A stretch of DNA of 64,000 nucleotides, taken from contig NW_003526948.1 in the NCBI RefSeq assembly GCF_000181795.1, positions 3,078,945 to 3,142,944 on the forward strand, given 5' to 3'. The notes under the pieces are model-generated. The model had not been told where the DNA came from. It did no database searches and saw nothing but the letters and a program-made list of their open reading frames with translations. A program made the position numbers and the translations under genes. Of this stretch, positions 28,401 through 47,829 are shown piece by piece (positions within the stretch are counted from its first letter, which is position 1; each line of letters starts with the position of its first letter). Source of the DNA: Trichinella spiralis. Taxonomy: Eukaryota.

Positions 28401-30288
28401 ACTTGTGTAACTTATCTTCTATATATATATACAACTATATATAATCTTCTATATACGCATACAACAGAACATCTATATATATATATATATATATATATAT
28501 AGATGTTCTGTTGTATGCGCTACTGCGATAGGAAAATGAAATGAAATTGATGCTCACCATGTTGCGGAACAAGCGCTCCATGGGCCCCACGTTCTCCAAG
28601 TAGCTTCGCAACATTCGCATGGTCGTGATTCCACTTCAATGGCTCGATTTTGTCCACAAACGCTGCAAACTCGAATTCTGTTTTGCACAGCTATAACATT
28701 TCAGCCGTTTAACGAACAGCAAACTAGCATGCAGCACAAACTTACACCAAGCGGATCCACAAGATTGAGTGGTTACGCAGGCACTCCATTCACTCCAAGG
28801 ACCCCAGCCGGTGTTGTACATCTGTACAGATGCTCCGTAACCAGTTCGACCTTCCACATTTACAACTTTTTGTCCACCTCTGGCTGTTGCCAGGGCGGAC
28901 ATGTTCTTATCTACTGACGGGCAGTGTTTGAGCAGTTTGAAAACCGACGCTGCACCTCCGTCAACATTGAAATTTTGCGCTTGTGTTTTTATATAGGTAG
29001 CTGATTTCGAGTAAAGTTCACAAGTGCCGTTGGACGATTCTGTTTTTCTGACAAACACAGCTACACGACACGGCAGACTTGTCGCTTTCATGCAGGTTGC
29101 TATGCATATGTGTGGCGCATCAGTTGTTAACGTTTCATCCGGCTTTTCGTCCACTACAATGTGATTCGCTTCTTCTTCCACACACCCAACGTCTTAAAAC
29201 AGCATCTCCTTTTATTGGAAACACTTTTTGATTATTCGTATGCAAAATATGGTAAGTAATTTGTATTACAAAGCGTTTTGATCGTATGTGAAGAAAGATT
29301 AAGTTTTTTTTCTCCATACAGTGCACTAATTTAGTGCCACAGTGGTTTTCATAGAATAATTTGATACAATAGAAAGTACCATTATTTTCATCTTTAATTT
29401 TTACATTTAATCTTGTTATCTTAATAAATGTTTTAAATATATATTATATGGTAAAAGAAAACCAGATGTAATCGTTGAAGAAAATCATGTTTTAAGCATG
29501 TAATGATTTTTTATCTATCTTGCGGTATGTTAATCGAAATTCAACTGTTTCAGGTGAACATAATATTTTTTGCTTTTGCTCTTTTAACCTGCTTAGAAAA
29601 ACATACTCCAATAGAACATTGCTGATTGATTATGGGACTGTTTATTAGAAATGCGGAGTCATTAAAAAATCCGGAGGCAATTTGACCTGGATACTCGACA
29701 AGTCTTGAAAGAGAAATTCCCTTTGAAGTTTCGCTTTTCATAAACATCAGCAAAACAAACTTTTTGGGTAAGAAGCGGTAATCTTTTTCCTTTTATAAAA
29801 GACAAATCTATTGCATAAAGTTGATGATGAAATCTACTTAAATAAGCAAGTCCATTCTGAATAGAATAGTCCTCTTTCTTGGTCATTGATTGCATTTGTG
29901 CTTGAATTAGAATGACCATAGTGTTTAGAGTGAAGAAAACATTGGTTAATTCTTTGGAATATAAAACAGTCAGTGGTAGAAGTGATTTAAATGAGTTTTT
30001 CTATTTAAATTTTTCCAATCACCAATATACCCGACGGTTGTGTTCTTACCTACAAAATATTGTACTGATAGCTGGATTAATAATTATATAAATAGTTTTG
30101 AAAATAATGACAACTGATTGTGATATGCAGAAGTAAGTTGAAATGCTGTTACATTTTACGAAGGCAAATTGAAATAAGTTTATCTAAAAAATGAGTTATG
30201 TAAAAAAGTATATTTTACCTGCGTAAACAAGAATAGAGAAAAAAGCACTGAACAATTGTGCGTATACAATGACGACAGACGGCTTCAT
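27113..30288 (-). CDS. Secreted PAN/Apple + ~8 thrombospondin type-1 repeat protein (copy A)
   Basis: Signal-peptide exon MKPSVVIVYAQLFSAFFSILVYA (ATG at 30288, phase-1 donor); PAN-like exon CVEEE..CIATCMKATSLPCRVAVF..GTCELYS; repeated WxxWxxW-CSxTCG-RxRxC units; no transmembrane segment seen. 3' end approximate. Confidence 0.85.
28341..28420. repeat. Perfect 80-bp palindrome centred on (TA)16
   Basis: agaagataagttacacaagttaca-(TA)16-tgtaacttgtgtaacttatcttct, inside an intron of the TSR gene. Confidence 0.95.
28456..28519. repeat. Perfect 64-bp palindrome centred on (AT)13
   Basis: cgcatacaacagaacatct-(AT)13-agatgttctgttgtatgcg, in the same intron. Confidence 0.95.
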
Positions 30289-32805
30289 GGTTTTTTGTGG
30301 ATTGTTGAAATGAATGAAAAGAAGAGCAATTTTGACGTTCCGCAGCTCAGCTGCAACTGAAGTGTGTGTGTGCTGAAATTAGTGAAAGCTGAGTGCATTA
30401 AATGGACAATCTTCGACCAATTTACACCGACAAGCCAGTCGTCGGTCTGTGTGGGCGAAGTTTCCTGAAGGCTTAAAAGAACACGCGCGTGGTAGAGACA
30501 GTGAAAGTGCAAATGCTTCGCGTCACCTTGGAGAAAATTTGATAATTGGCATTGTTGCTTCCACTCGTGCAATAATTATCCGTGTGTTTTTTCTTTTTTT
30601 TCCCCTAATTTCATGCATTAAACGTGTAATGGAAAATTGAAAAGAAAAATGCACAATTACAGATATCGCGCGTTGGCAGAAAAAGAGAGAGAGAGAGAGA
30701 GAGAATTGTTGTTTGTCGATGCTTCTCTTCAGCTTTGACATACCAAGTAGCCCCTAGCACCTGTTGGATTTGAAACGTTCCAACGTCCACGCCTTGACAA
30801 TATTGTCTTTGCAAAAAGCAATCCTAGCAACGCCTACTTGACCGGAATGATGGTCTTCATGGTCTATTAAGCAGCAAATTGCCACAATTCGGTCGATAAC
30901 AAGTTCCAGCATCAGCATCTAACAATCTGTCTTGTTTTCTCTTTCATAATTTTCTAAATCGGTTAAGGATATCAACTTTAAAAATGCGTGCACAACGACA
31001 GAGAAGAGTAAATACATTTTTTTTCCAACCGATGCATCAAGTTGCAATGATTTTTTTCAACACACTTCTCGACAACAAGTTGTATACACTGTATCGTGCA
31101 GACGTGCAGACCTGCGACGGAACGTGGGTCATTTTTTCCATTCATTTTCAGTCTGTCAAAATTTGTTGAATTTCTCCTTTCATCGTTGAATCCCGACAGA
31201 AATGGAAAATTCAAAAAATTAGCACAGCTGCTTTTCGAAAGCTGGGTCGTCCAGCTTCATTCATTTTTTCCATTGTCAGCAATTATTATACAATGCTTGT
31301 TTGTGAATCAGCGTTGGCTGTTCGGCCAGAAAAAAAAATAAATAGAAACTTGCTCTTGCACATTTCCGTCCACACTGATTTCACTCAAATTATATATATA
31401 AATAATCCTTTCTTAATTATGTCAGCAAGTATGGGTTTTTTGGTGCACTGAAAAAATGAAATCAAAGCCCTGTGTGTTCGCTGTGGAATAGCAGAATTGG
31501 GTAAATTTTCCACTAGCTGACCTGATATTTGATAGAATTGCTGATCATTTTTTTTCCAATTTATTCATGTTGTTTCGGTGTTTCTGTGGAAAGAAAGTAA
31601 GCTGACAAAATAGGTTGACTGTATGAATATGTATTTTTTGAATGAAACAGCTTGACAGAAAACAACTACTTCCTTGTTGAAAGACAATCGGTTTTGCACT
31701 AAAATTCTTCCAATGATGTGTTTGTTTGTTTGTTTGGCTTTTTAGAGATTAGTTGTATTTTTATTCTAATGAAATATTATCTATTTTGCACTGAACTGTG
31801 ATAAATGCAATAATTGTAATGTGAAATATGGTGTGGAAAAGTTGATAACAACTTGTGAAACATCGATGCACTTGTAGAAGAACTAGTGTGAAATTTTGAA
31901 AAGCGATGAAAAATGTGAAATCAAAGGAATGGAATTTCCTCTTTTGACAACCAACTAACTGTGCTTTGATTGAATGAACATCTTTGAACAGCTTTTATTT
32001 TATCTTAATTTCATGAATTGTCGACAATTTTCAGCAATGCCTTCTTTTTCCATTGCAAAGTGTTTCATATCCAGTATTTCATTTCATATTCATTTACTAC
32101 TCTATATTGGAAGAAAACAGTTCTCAAAGCATGAAAAAGTATTGGTTTGGTGAAAAAAAAACTTTATTCCATATACTATTGGAGATTTCATATGTTTGCC
32201 TTTACGTGCTACAGTAGTTTGACATGTATAGATAGATATACCACAGGAGCAATTTCAGGGCAAAATTTATTGAACGAAATTTGTCAGAGAAGTTGTACAT
32301 GAGAATGACAAGTTAATTGGACTTGTTTTTTTTAGACATCTATGTTCAGCTGTGATTGTGTATGGAGTAGGTAGAACATCTGAGCAATATTTGCTGCTAT
32401 CAGGCTCTTTAAATAGTGATTCATGAATTTGAAATATTTGATATCTTTTCGAAATGTCAATTTCTCGCATTATCATTACAATGTCATGACACTTTATCAG
32501 TGTAAAGAAGGTGATAGACACTTATTTATGTAAAGAATAAATGAAAGTTTTGAAATGTAAAATGCAAGGCATGCCAGGCAGTGAAAATTTAATTCATTTC
32601 AACTAGCGTTGAAACAAGCAGTACGTTTGAACGTGGCTGTTTTGTCAAATTTGTAACAATTCATTCGCCTGTACTAAAATTTTAAGTTTGCCAGTAAATT
32701 TTTGATAAAATTTATTTCAGAACATTTAATTCATCAGACATTGTTTTCAGGAGAATAAATTCAACAAATACTGTTTTTGATTTGCACATACAAGAACTAC
32801 ATCTG

Positions 32806-32839
<34 letters not shown>

Positions 32840-33199
32840 TGTATACCCCAATTTATAATAGGTATATTTTATAATAATGTTCATTTCATGACATGTGATC
32901 ATAGCGATGAAGCATTTTGTGCGTGAATAACAAACAGCAGCAAATACAAATGAAGGAAATTTTAGGTAAAATGACATTTAAATGTAGAAGATATTTTTCG
33001 GCTGAACGTTGTGGCGAGGTAAACGTTGAATAATTGAATTTAATGAAGAAAACGGAAAATGGTTTTAGTAGTTATTTTTGCATCTTTCTTATCGCATTAC
33101 ATTACAATTTTCAATACAATTTCTTTAATATTATTTTAAAATGCAGTGTACATTTTGAATATTTTCTTATTTTCTACTTTACAAATCACACTTGGGTTT

Positions 33200-33760
33200 G
33201 TCATTATTACAAATAAAGCATTCACTGCAGTCGAACTGCTTGCTATACTGAAAGAATACATATGGTTTCATAGATGTGGAAGTGCTTCTCTTTTTTACTC
33301 ATAACAACCTAGTTTTTACGAAGTTGTATATTAGATTATGTTTTTATTAGATTGCCGACGTCAGAGCATTTATTCTGCAAATCAGTCATGCTCTTTTGAA
33401 GAAAAAGTTCTTTTATATGATTTCACTGTACACTGCAGCAGTACTAAAGTGGGACACATCTTTTAACCAGTTAAGCCAGTTGGCAGGTGCGTAGGTAGCA
33501 AAAATTTGCATTCAAAAGCATCCATTTACACCACTAGCTCTTTGGAATGTTCAAAACTTTAATTATAATAAATATAAGGCTACAAAAAGTGGAGGCATAC
33601 TGTATTTCTTTGTGCATGATTTGCAGATTTTTAATATGATTCGTTTCATTGGAAAAATGGTATAAATTATTTTAGTTTTACAAATTTTGCTTTAGTCAAT
33701 TTTTTAAAGGCAATCAATTTTTGTCAAAAGAATATTCAGATAATATTTGAAATCATGAAA
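33200..33760 (-). pseudogene. Decayed 3' TSR exon sequence of copy B
   Basis: Remnants FCYLRTC (~33483-33503; copy A PCYLCNC) and PYVFFQYSKQFDCSECFICN (~33206-33265; copy A PYIFAKTAIDVKWTDWTVCN) in collinear order, interrupted by stops and frameshifts. Confidence 0.6.
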
Positions 33761-33762
33761 TA

Positions 33763-35309
33763 TTAATAAGATGTGATGGAGTGTTCTATCATGCATGTTG
33801 GATGAATTTTGTATTCATAGTGATTTATCCAAACAATACAAGGATCCCACTTGGTGCACTGTGGAAATTCGCACAGAGAGATTTCTTTCAAATGTGGTGG
33901 ATTGCTGAAATCATTTTTCGGCTTACAAGTTCTTACTCTTGTTCGTACACCTCTTCCGCAAGAAACAGAACAAGAACTCCATTGGCTCCACTGTTGACAG
34001 CATGGTGGTAAATTGTTGCACAGACGATGTTCTTGTTCCAACCCAGGGCAGATACCCAAACCTACGCATTTACGAATTCGGTACTGGTAGCCTGTATCAC
34101 ATGTTCCTACACAAGAGCTCCAGGCACTCCATTCAGTCCAAGTAGCACACGGGAGTGTTTTGCAGTATGTAACTTCTTCTGCCAAACCGGCACACGCATT
34201 TTGTACTGGACATATACGTCTTCTGACGGAAAATCCTTCACCACTGAATAAAAATCATTATTTGTTTCATTTAATTTTATTACAGTTTAACGAATTTCAA
34301 TTCAATTGGCACGCATGAACAGTTCAGCATTGAAAAGTGTGTTTAAAATTTTCAAGACAAATTTCTTACCAACTGGACGAACAAGGACTCCAAGCTTGCC
34401 ATTCAGACCATACAAGAGAATTGCAATTTCCAATTTCATATTTTATAATTTTGCTGGAACCGCAGAAGCTGCAAACGCTCACACGATTTCGATAAACTAA
34501 ACTCAACTGATATTCTGTTATAAAAAAGACCAACATAAATTTTAAATCTTACGATGAAGCTGCTGCACTGATGGTTGTTCGAAGCATGGGCTCCATTCAG
34601 TCCAAGGGCCCCAAGCATCTATAGTCATGCTTATTGGTAGAGCCCAGTCAGACTTTCCTTTTACATTAACAATTCGTCGCCCGTTAGCTACTTTTTGGAA
34701 CATGTTGAATTTATTGGTATTATTATTACTGTTGTTGTTGTTGTTGTTGTTTTTACTGATATCTGGACAACTTGGCAAAACCATGGATACTGAGTGTAGC
34801 AAAGCACTGCCATTGTCTGCAGAAATGAGGTGTTGCTTTATTAGCAATCCAGCTTGCGACGAATATAAAAAGCAAGTTCCGCTTTTAGCAGTACTTTTCT
34901 TTTTGAAATATGTCATAGAACACGATGAATTTTTAGCACTTAAACAGAGTGTTGCACAAATCTGAGGCGATTCAGTCACAAGTAACTGAAACGGCTTTAT
35001 ACCAACAATGATTTTATTCGTCTCTTCCTCTATGCAGCGGATTTCTGAAAAATGCAGTTTTATAATAATAAAGTGTTCTCAAAGAAAAGCTGCACACTTG
35101 AAAGCTAGTGTAAAGGTCGTGGAAAGTTTGTATTGAGCAGTGTTGAAAAAAAAACAAAATTTCTGAAGAGTATTTTATAGTTTTATTTCCTTTTTTCTCA
35201 ATTTACTAAAATTTTAGCAAATTTTTAGCAGTGATGCACTATTACCTGCTGTTGATGAAGCTGCGCAGAAGAAGACGAATAAGAAATAAATCAATCTACG
35301 GCAAGCCAT
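33763..35309 (-). CDS. Secreted PAN/Apple + 4 TSR protein (copy B, truncated paralog)
   Basis: Signal-peptide exon MACRRLIYFLFVFFCAASSTA (ATG at 35309); EIRCIEEETNKIIV..CATLCLSAKNSSC..GTCFLYS; RRIVNVKGK linker (copy A: QKVVNVEGR); four TSRs with intron positions matching copy A; the fifth TSR degenerates before the stop at 33763. Confidence 0.82.
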
Positions 35310-36561
35310 CTTTGAAAATGAAATAATTTTAACAAATGAATATTAAGTTGATACTTTTATATGTATTTTTCTAGTGCAATTTACAAAAAACCGTTATTTG
35401 CAATGAACACTGAATCGCTTTTTACAATTTTCATTAGCTTAATATTCTTAATCATATCAATGACTCTATTTTCACAGTATAAATTAACCGGAAAAACGTT
35501 CATGACATATTGTGCTTTCAGTTTATTAATTTGTCTTTTATGTCGTGTCCAATGAGCTTCTCAAACATTGATTTCTGTTGAGCAGTGGATGGAAAATGAA
35601 ATGGTCATTATTCATCCCTTGAAAAAAAAAGTAAAAAGTTTCTTCTTAAAAAATTTCATATTAAATTTTGCAGAAATTGTAAAGAATCTGAAAGGAAACA
35701 AAACTGATGACGATGATAATTAGGCAGAAATAAAGTTCTGCAAAAATATTCCTCTATTTGAGATGGTAGAATGGAAAGCTCTGACCATGATAATTTGTTT
35801 ACTTCCACTTAATTAAAAAATAAAATTATTGCCCACTTAAAAGTGATACAACTAATACAGACAATAACAGAAACATCATAATCAAAGTTTTGTCAGTAGT
35901 CAAAGGTTATTTTGAAAATTGTACTTGAAATACTTTAAAGTTATGGTCAGTTATTTTACACCTTTTTCCTATTTAAGGTTCTGACATATATACGCCAATG
36001 AATGACCATAATATACACGCAACAGTGAATTCCAAAATGAGAAAGAAATAATGTTTGCAAATTTAATTTTTGAAAAACTTTAACCTTATGCAAAAAATTA
36101 TATAACGAATTATTATTAAACATTAAATAGTAAAGAACTTTTTTCTTCTATCGTTTTTTAATTAAAACTGGGTAAATGGAACAGCATGATTTTTAATTTC
36201 TTTATAAAAATATTCTTACTGAAACTTCATTTTCATTTTAAAATCTACCTTTAACATAAGCTAATAATTTAGTTACAAAATATACTGTAAACCATAACAA
36301 ATAACTGCTGAATTTATTTATTTGAAAAAGTAAATGTGCGCAAATAAGTTGTAAATTATTGAAGTACAACTGTTTTTTATTTTTGAATTGAAAACCTTTG
36401 ACAACTTAAATATTTCTCTGTGTAAAAAACTACCATAATATGCGTGCTATAGTTTTGTAAACTAACATTATTACATATTAGTCAAAATTATGAAATTAAT
36501 CAAACTGCTTGCAATATGGAAATTCTGAATTTTTGCATGAGAAACAGTGTTATGTGTACTG

Positions 36562-36562
<1 letters not shown>

Positions 36563-36602
<40 letters not shown>
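36563..36602. repeat. (TA)n microsatellite
   Basis: About 20 TA units, read directly. Similar tracts occur near 24006-24032, 6718-6731 and 20040. Confidence 0.95.
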
Positions 36603-36606
<4 letters not shown>

Positions 36607-36835
36607 GCAATATTTGGCAAGGAAGAATAATTTTAATTAATTATAAAATAGCTCCAGGTGAACAGATAAGCTGAAAGCGAGTTAGTGCGAGCAATTTATA
36701 GTCGACGATGCTTAAACATTATCAGTAGTTCAATGCGTCGAGCATAATTGCATTGGCTCTCTGAAATAACGTCGTATGTGTGCGTTTGATTTTCCACTTA
36801 TTATTTAAATACTTATTTCACTTTTTATCATTCAG

Positions 36836-37075
36836 TTTAACAAATGCTTATCCGGTGCCGATGTTGTTGACTGATCGACCTAATACATGGATAAGTTTCA
36901 ACTGAAAATGACCCCAATCGATTATGTTGAAGCTTTTAATCCAGAGAAGAGTGTGATGCTTGATAAGTTTATGAGCAAGGCTTGGAGTCTCACTTCCAAC
37001 CATATGGCATTTATTAATGACGAAGAGAAGAGAAAGAACGATGATACCCCGCAGCGTAAGTACAATTTGAGATAA
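36836..37075 (+). pseudogene. Possible DEP-domain gene relic
   Basis: After a ttcag acceptor the frame reads FNKCLSGADVVD*ST*YMDKFQ..FNPEKSVMLDKFMS, similar to the DEP motif CFxGxxxVDWL, with TGA in place of Trp; gtaagt donor near 37056. Confidence 0.3.
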
Positions 37076-38333
37076 TCATGAGTTAGATGACCGTGTTTTA
37101 TTGGTTACGATTTCCTACCATTATGCGTGTATTATTCACTGCCCAGTTGTGCAATGGGAAAATTGCACAGGTTTCGCGGCGTACTTGACATGCTCTATAC
37201 TATGCTAACAGAACTGACCTGGCGCCATTCAATGCTGAAAAGATTGCTAATGCTAAGACCGCGTGCACAGGCACAACAGAAATTAGGTCAGCAGCTAACA
37301 ATGAGATTGCAGTCGATTCAACTAAATCCACTAGCAGCACATGGTGAGCAGCTGACCAGGCCGATGGTCAAGGGTTAATAATCAATAGAACTGAAGGTTA
37401 TTATCGTTGCAGCATCAGCAATGACCGGATTAATTGTAGATCAGCTGGAGGAAGTATGATGATTTTGTAAATACACAATGAAAACAGCCAAACCAAGGGC
37501 AGAGAGCCATAAAGGCTAATATTACCTGTCGCGAAAAAAAGACAATTCATGCGCAAATAGTTGCTTCTCAATTTCTCTTTGTTAAACGTGAACAAATAAT
37601 ATATTTTCAGTTTGAAATAATGTACAGGAAATGGGAAAAAAGCCAGTATGATAAAATCCCATAAATTTTTATAGATGGAATAACAATACAGTATTCAATA
37701 TTCAGATTCAAGAGACGAATGAAATAGGCAATACAAATAACGTTACAGATGTTATAATATTGTCTTTTCATCATCTTTCTTGATGAAGAATATTCTGAAA
37801 TTCAGTTAATCACAGGCATTATTTTTAATGATAAAATTCACATCCAATTTGTGCTATTTGTAAAGTTAACTTCTTTTGTATAGTATTATTTTTATATGAT
37901 CAATAATAAATAAAGCAGTTCGTTCAGGATTTTTCGATGTTTCACGTATTATGTTTAAGCAAATAATTTGGTCAACTTGTTTTCTTAAATTAATTAACAT
38001 TTATTCTACATTTTGAAATGAATTACAATGTTCGTGTTCTTCTTTAATTTCAATAAACATTTTCAGAAATTATCATTACGTTTTTATTTTCAAACTGTCA
38101 CAATCTTCATAATATGACGCATGAGCGTTTAATACCACATAAAAATGAAAAGCCCACTTTGAATGAACAGAAATTCTGCACGTTATATTAAATATGAGAA
38201 CATTCTAACGTGGAAAAGTATTATTGAACTAATCGATATTTGTGAAGATAGGATATATACTTGTTAACATATATTACTACAGAATGAATGCAATCATTTT
38301 TATTTCAAAAGTCGTTATTCTTAAAATAGTTGA

Positions 38334-39183
38334 TTAACCATATCCAAAACTTTTAATAGAGTTCAAGTGAATGCCTCGTTCCAAGCAAAGTTGAACCACA
38401 CGTTCTTCCAACTGCGCCAGTTTAGGGTCCATTGCCTGACTACCCATTTCACGGAGATGTTGCGCCAAACGAAATATATAATCCACGTTGCTGCCGCACA
38501 TTCCAGAGCTTCGTAATATCTGAAACAAATGATTCAGAGACAAGAAAATGACTGGAATGGAATAAATATACCGCTTCCACGGTTTCTTCAAAACTTTCTT
38601 TCCCATAATAGCATGGATTTTCAGACGGCACGGAAAGTGGGGTAAATACTTCATAAGGCTCGCTTTTATCAGCTGGGTAAAACATCACCTTCATCAAACA
38701 GTGCCCTGGTTTCGGTTCCACATCCATGCGAAATTTTGTTTCATCCACATCTTCTTCGTTTACTAAATACGTGATTCCCCATACGATTTTCTAAAAGAGA
38801 AATTTCAAAAAATTAAAATATGTATTTCATGAAGCTTCTAAACATTATTCTACCTCATCTTCTGGATACAGTGTTGCAACTCGCCCTGGCTGAAAAACAT
38901 AAATTGAATATCGTGGAATACATAAAATGAAAATACAAATTACCTGTTCTTTTGTGCCATAACAATCCATACTACCTTGGATAAATATGCGCTCTTGGCC
39001 TTTTATGTATCCTCTTACTGTTGAATGAAAAGGAAAATTGTGACGCCATATCAAGTCCCCATAAACAAATATTCGAAAACCAATTTTTGACACGGCAGGT
39101 TTGACTTTCATTTGTTCAGGACTTAATCCTTCATACAAAATTGGAAAAAACCTGTCGTCAAAATCGTCTTCGTCAGCATCCAT
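38334..39183 (-). CDS. ChaC-family (glutathione-specific gamma-glutamylcyclotransferase-like) protein with divergent active site
   Basis: Four exons give IFVYGDLIW..GYIKG..FIQGSMDCYGTKEQ-PGRVATL..VWGITY..MDVEPKPGH..VMFYP..ENPCYYG..ILRSSGMCGSNVDYIFRLAQHLR, collinear with ChaC1/2. Confidence 0.88.
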
Positions 39184-40425
39184 TTCTCTTCAAGCAAATC
39201 GATAACTCAGTTCAAGCACTAACCGACAAACAAGACCACCGAACTGAGTACAATGAAGCGAACTATACAATACAGTAGGAAATTATTTATAAGCAGGACA
39301 ACAGTTTTGATATATTTTTAAAAATGATGTTTTATGAATGTTGTTTTTACTTGTATATGCATTTTAAATCTGTGATTAATTAATTAAAATTATTTTTATT
39401 TTAACATTTGCAATATTTTGTTGTTTTTATTTTTTGCATTTTTATATCTACAGTTTAGTATTCATAATGTCGATTTCGTTGTTCAATTTGTTCATAAATA
39501 TTAACATGTGTTTTAAGTGGTATTTTTTATATTTTTAAGCTAATTAATTTAATCTAAACTAACGCAAATAACATTTTAAAACGTTTTATCCAGTATGAAA
39601 TTTACAGAAAAATTATGGACAATTAGGCAGTAATCTGAGAAGTCATGTACAACATGCGAAAACAAATGAATATTTCCTAAATGTAAAACTTTGCATGTTT
39701 TTTTTTATAAAAAATTAGCTTTATGGTAGTGAATTTTAAAATCTTTTAAGTGATTTTAATTTTGCTTATTATTGATTTATGTTGACCCACATTCATGTTT
39801 TTTAATAATACGATTATTGAAATATTTTTTAAATATTATTTAATATTTTATTTTTAATTTTTAATTATATTTTATAAATAAAATGATACTAATTTATTTG
39901 AATTTGACTTTGAGCAATATAAATTACAGTATGAAATGTGACTGCAATCTGTTGTTTTATAAAATGTAAGTTGCAGCTTTTTGAATTATTTGTCTTTTAA
40001 GCTATGATTTTATTAATATCTTAATGTTTTCACTTTAAGTTTTTATATTTAACATTAGTACTTTTAAGCATTTTCCATAATAGTTTTCTTGTAGATGTCT
40101 TATTCAGTGCTGAATTTCGCATATATTTAAGTTCATCGTCTTTGTTACTTTTTTAAATTTATTTTTATATTTTAATAAAGGTAAAGCTGAAATATGACAT
40201 CATTAAAATTTTTTGACTTTATGAAATGCATGTTCATCATTAATATTTCTTATTGTTATTTAATGTTTTAGTGTGGTTCGTATGTTACATTAATTCTTAC
40301 TGTAGAATTTGTTAAATTTAATGTAGAACAGGAAATTCAATGTTTATGTTGATGAAACATTTTTAATTCACTGTTCAACTCGTATCACTGTCTGTTTTTA
40401 AAGATATAATTTCTGCTTGCGGTGA

Positions 40426-47295
<6,870 letters not shown>

Positions 47296-47829
47296 ACGCC
47301 TCAATCACTGTGGGCAATGAACTTCTGTTTATTAATCCCATCTGTTGTTAGTAATGATTTTTTAAATTCATAATCGGTTAAGAAGGCATTTCGCGGAATC
47401 TTGTCTTTTCTATTTTTTTATCCTGTAGATCGTCATGGAAATTATCATGTAAACTGTCTGTCTATTGATGATGATTTTCTGGATGCTTTTTTTATTTTCG
47501 GCATACTGTGAGCAGAACAGTAAAGGTTTGTTTTTGAATTGTCTTTTGCTTTTGAATTGATAAATATTCAAATGCTAATAGTGAAATTGCCAATTGTAGA
47601 AACACAGTAACGTTTACTAACATGAAAAATAATCAAATCAACATGAAGAATACCAGAATAATAATCATGTAGCATTGATAATAAGCAGCACATTAACAAT
47701 CATAATGTTATGTAAAATTTAAATGTACAGATACGTGAATGTCGTATTGATCGTACTCGGTTGCTCACCGCAGAAGCTCGATTCTCAAAGTATTTTGCCA
47801 TTAGCACCATTAGATTAGAATAATATGTA

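Noticed and set aside
30400..31214. GC-richer stretch with LCGRSFLKA (insulin B-chain-like, +) and HVCTIQCIQLVVEKC (PAN-like spacing, -)
   Set aside because: Motifs are short and stop-bounded, with no insulin A chain and no convincing splice path; chance cannot be excluded.
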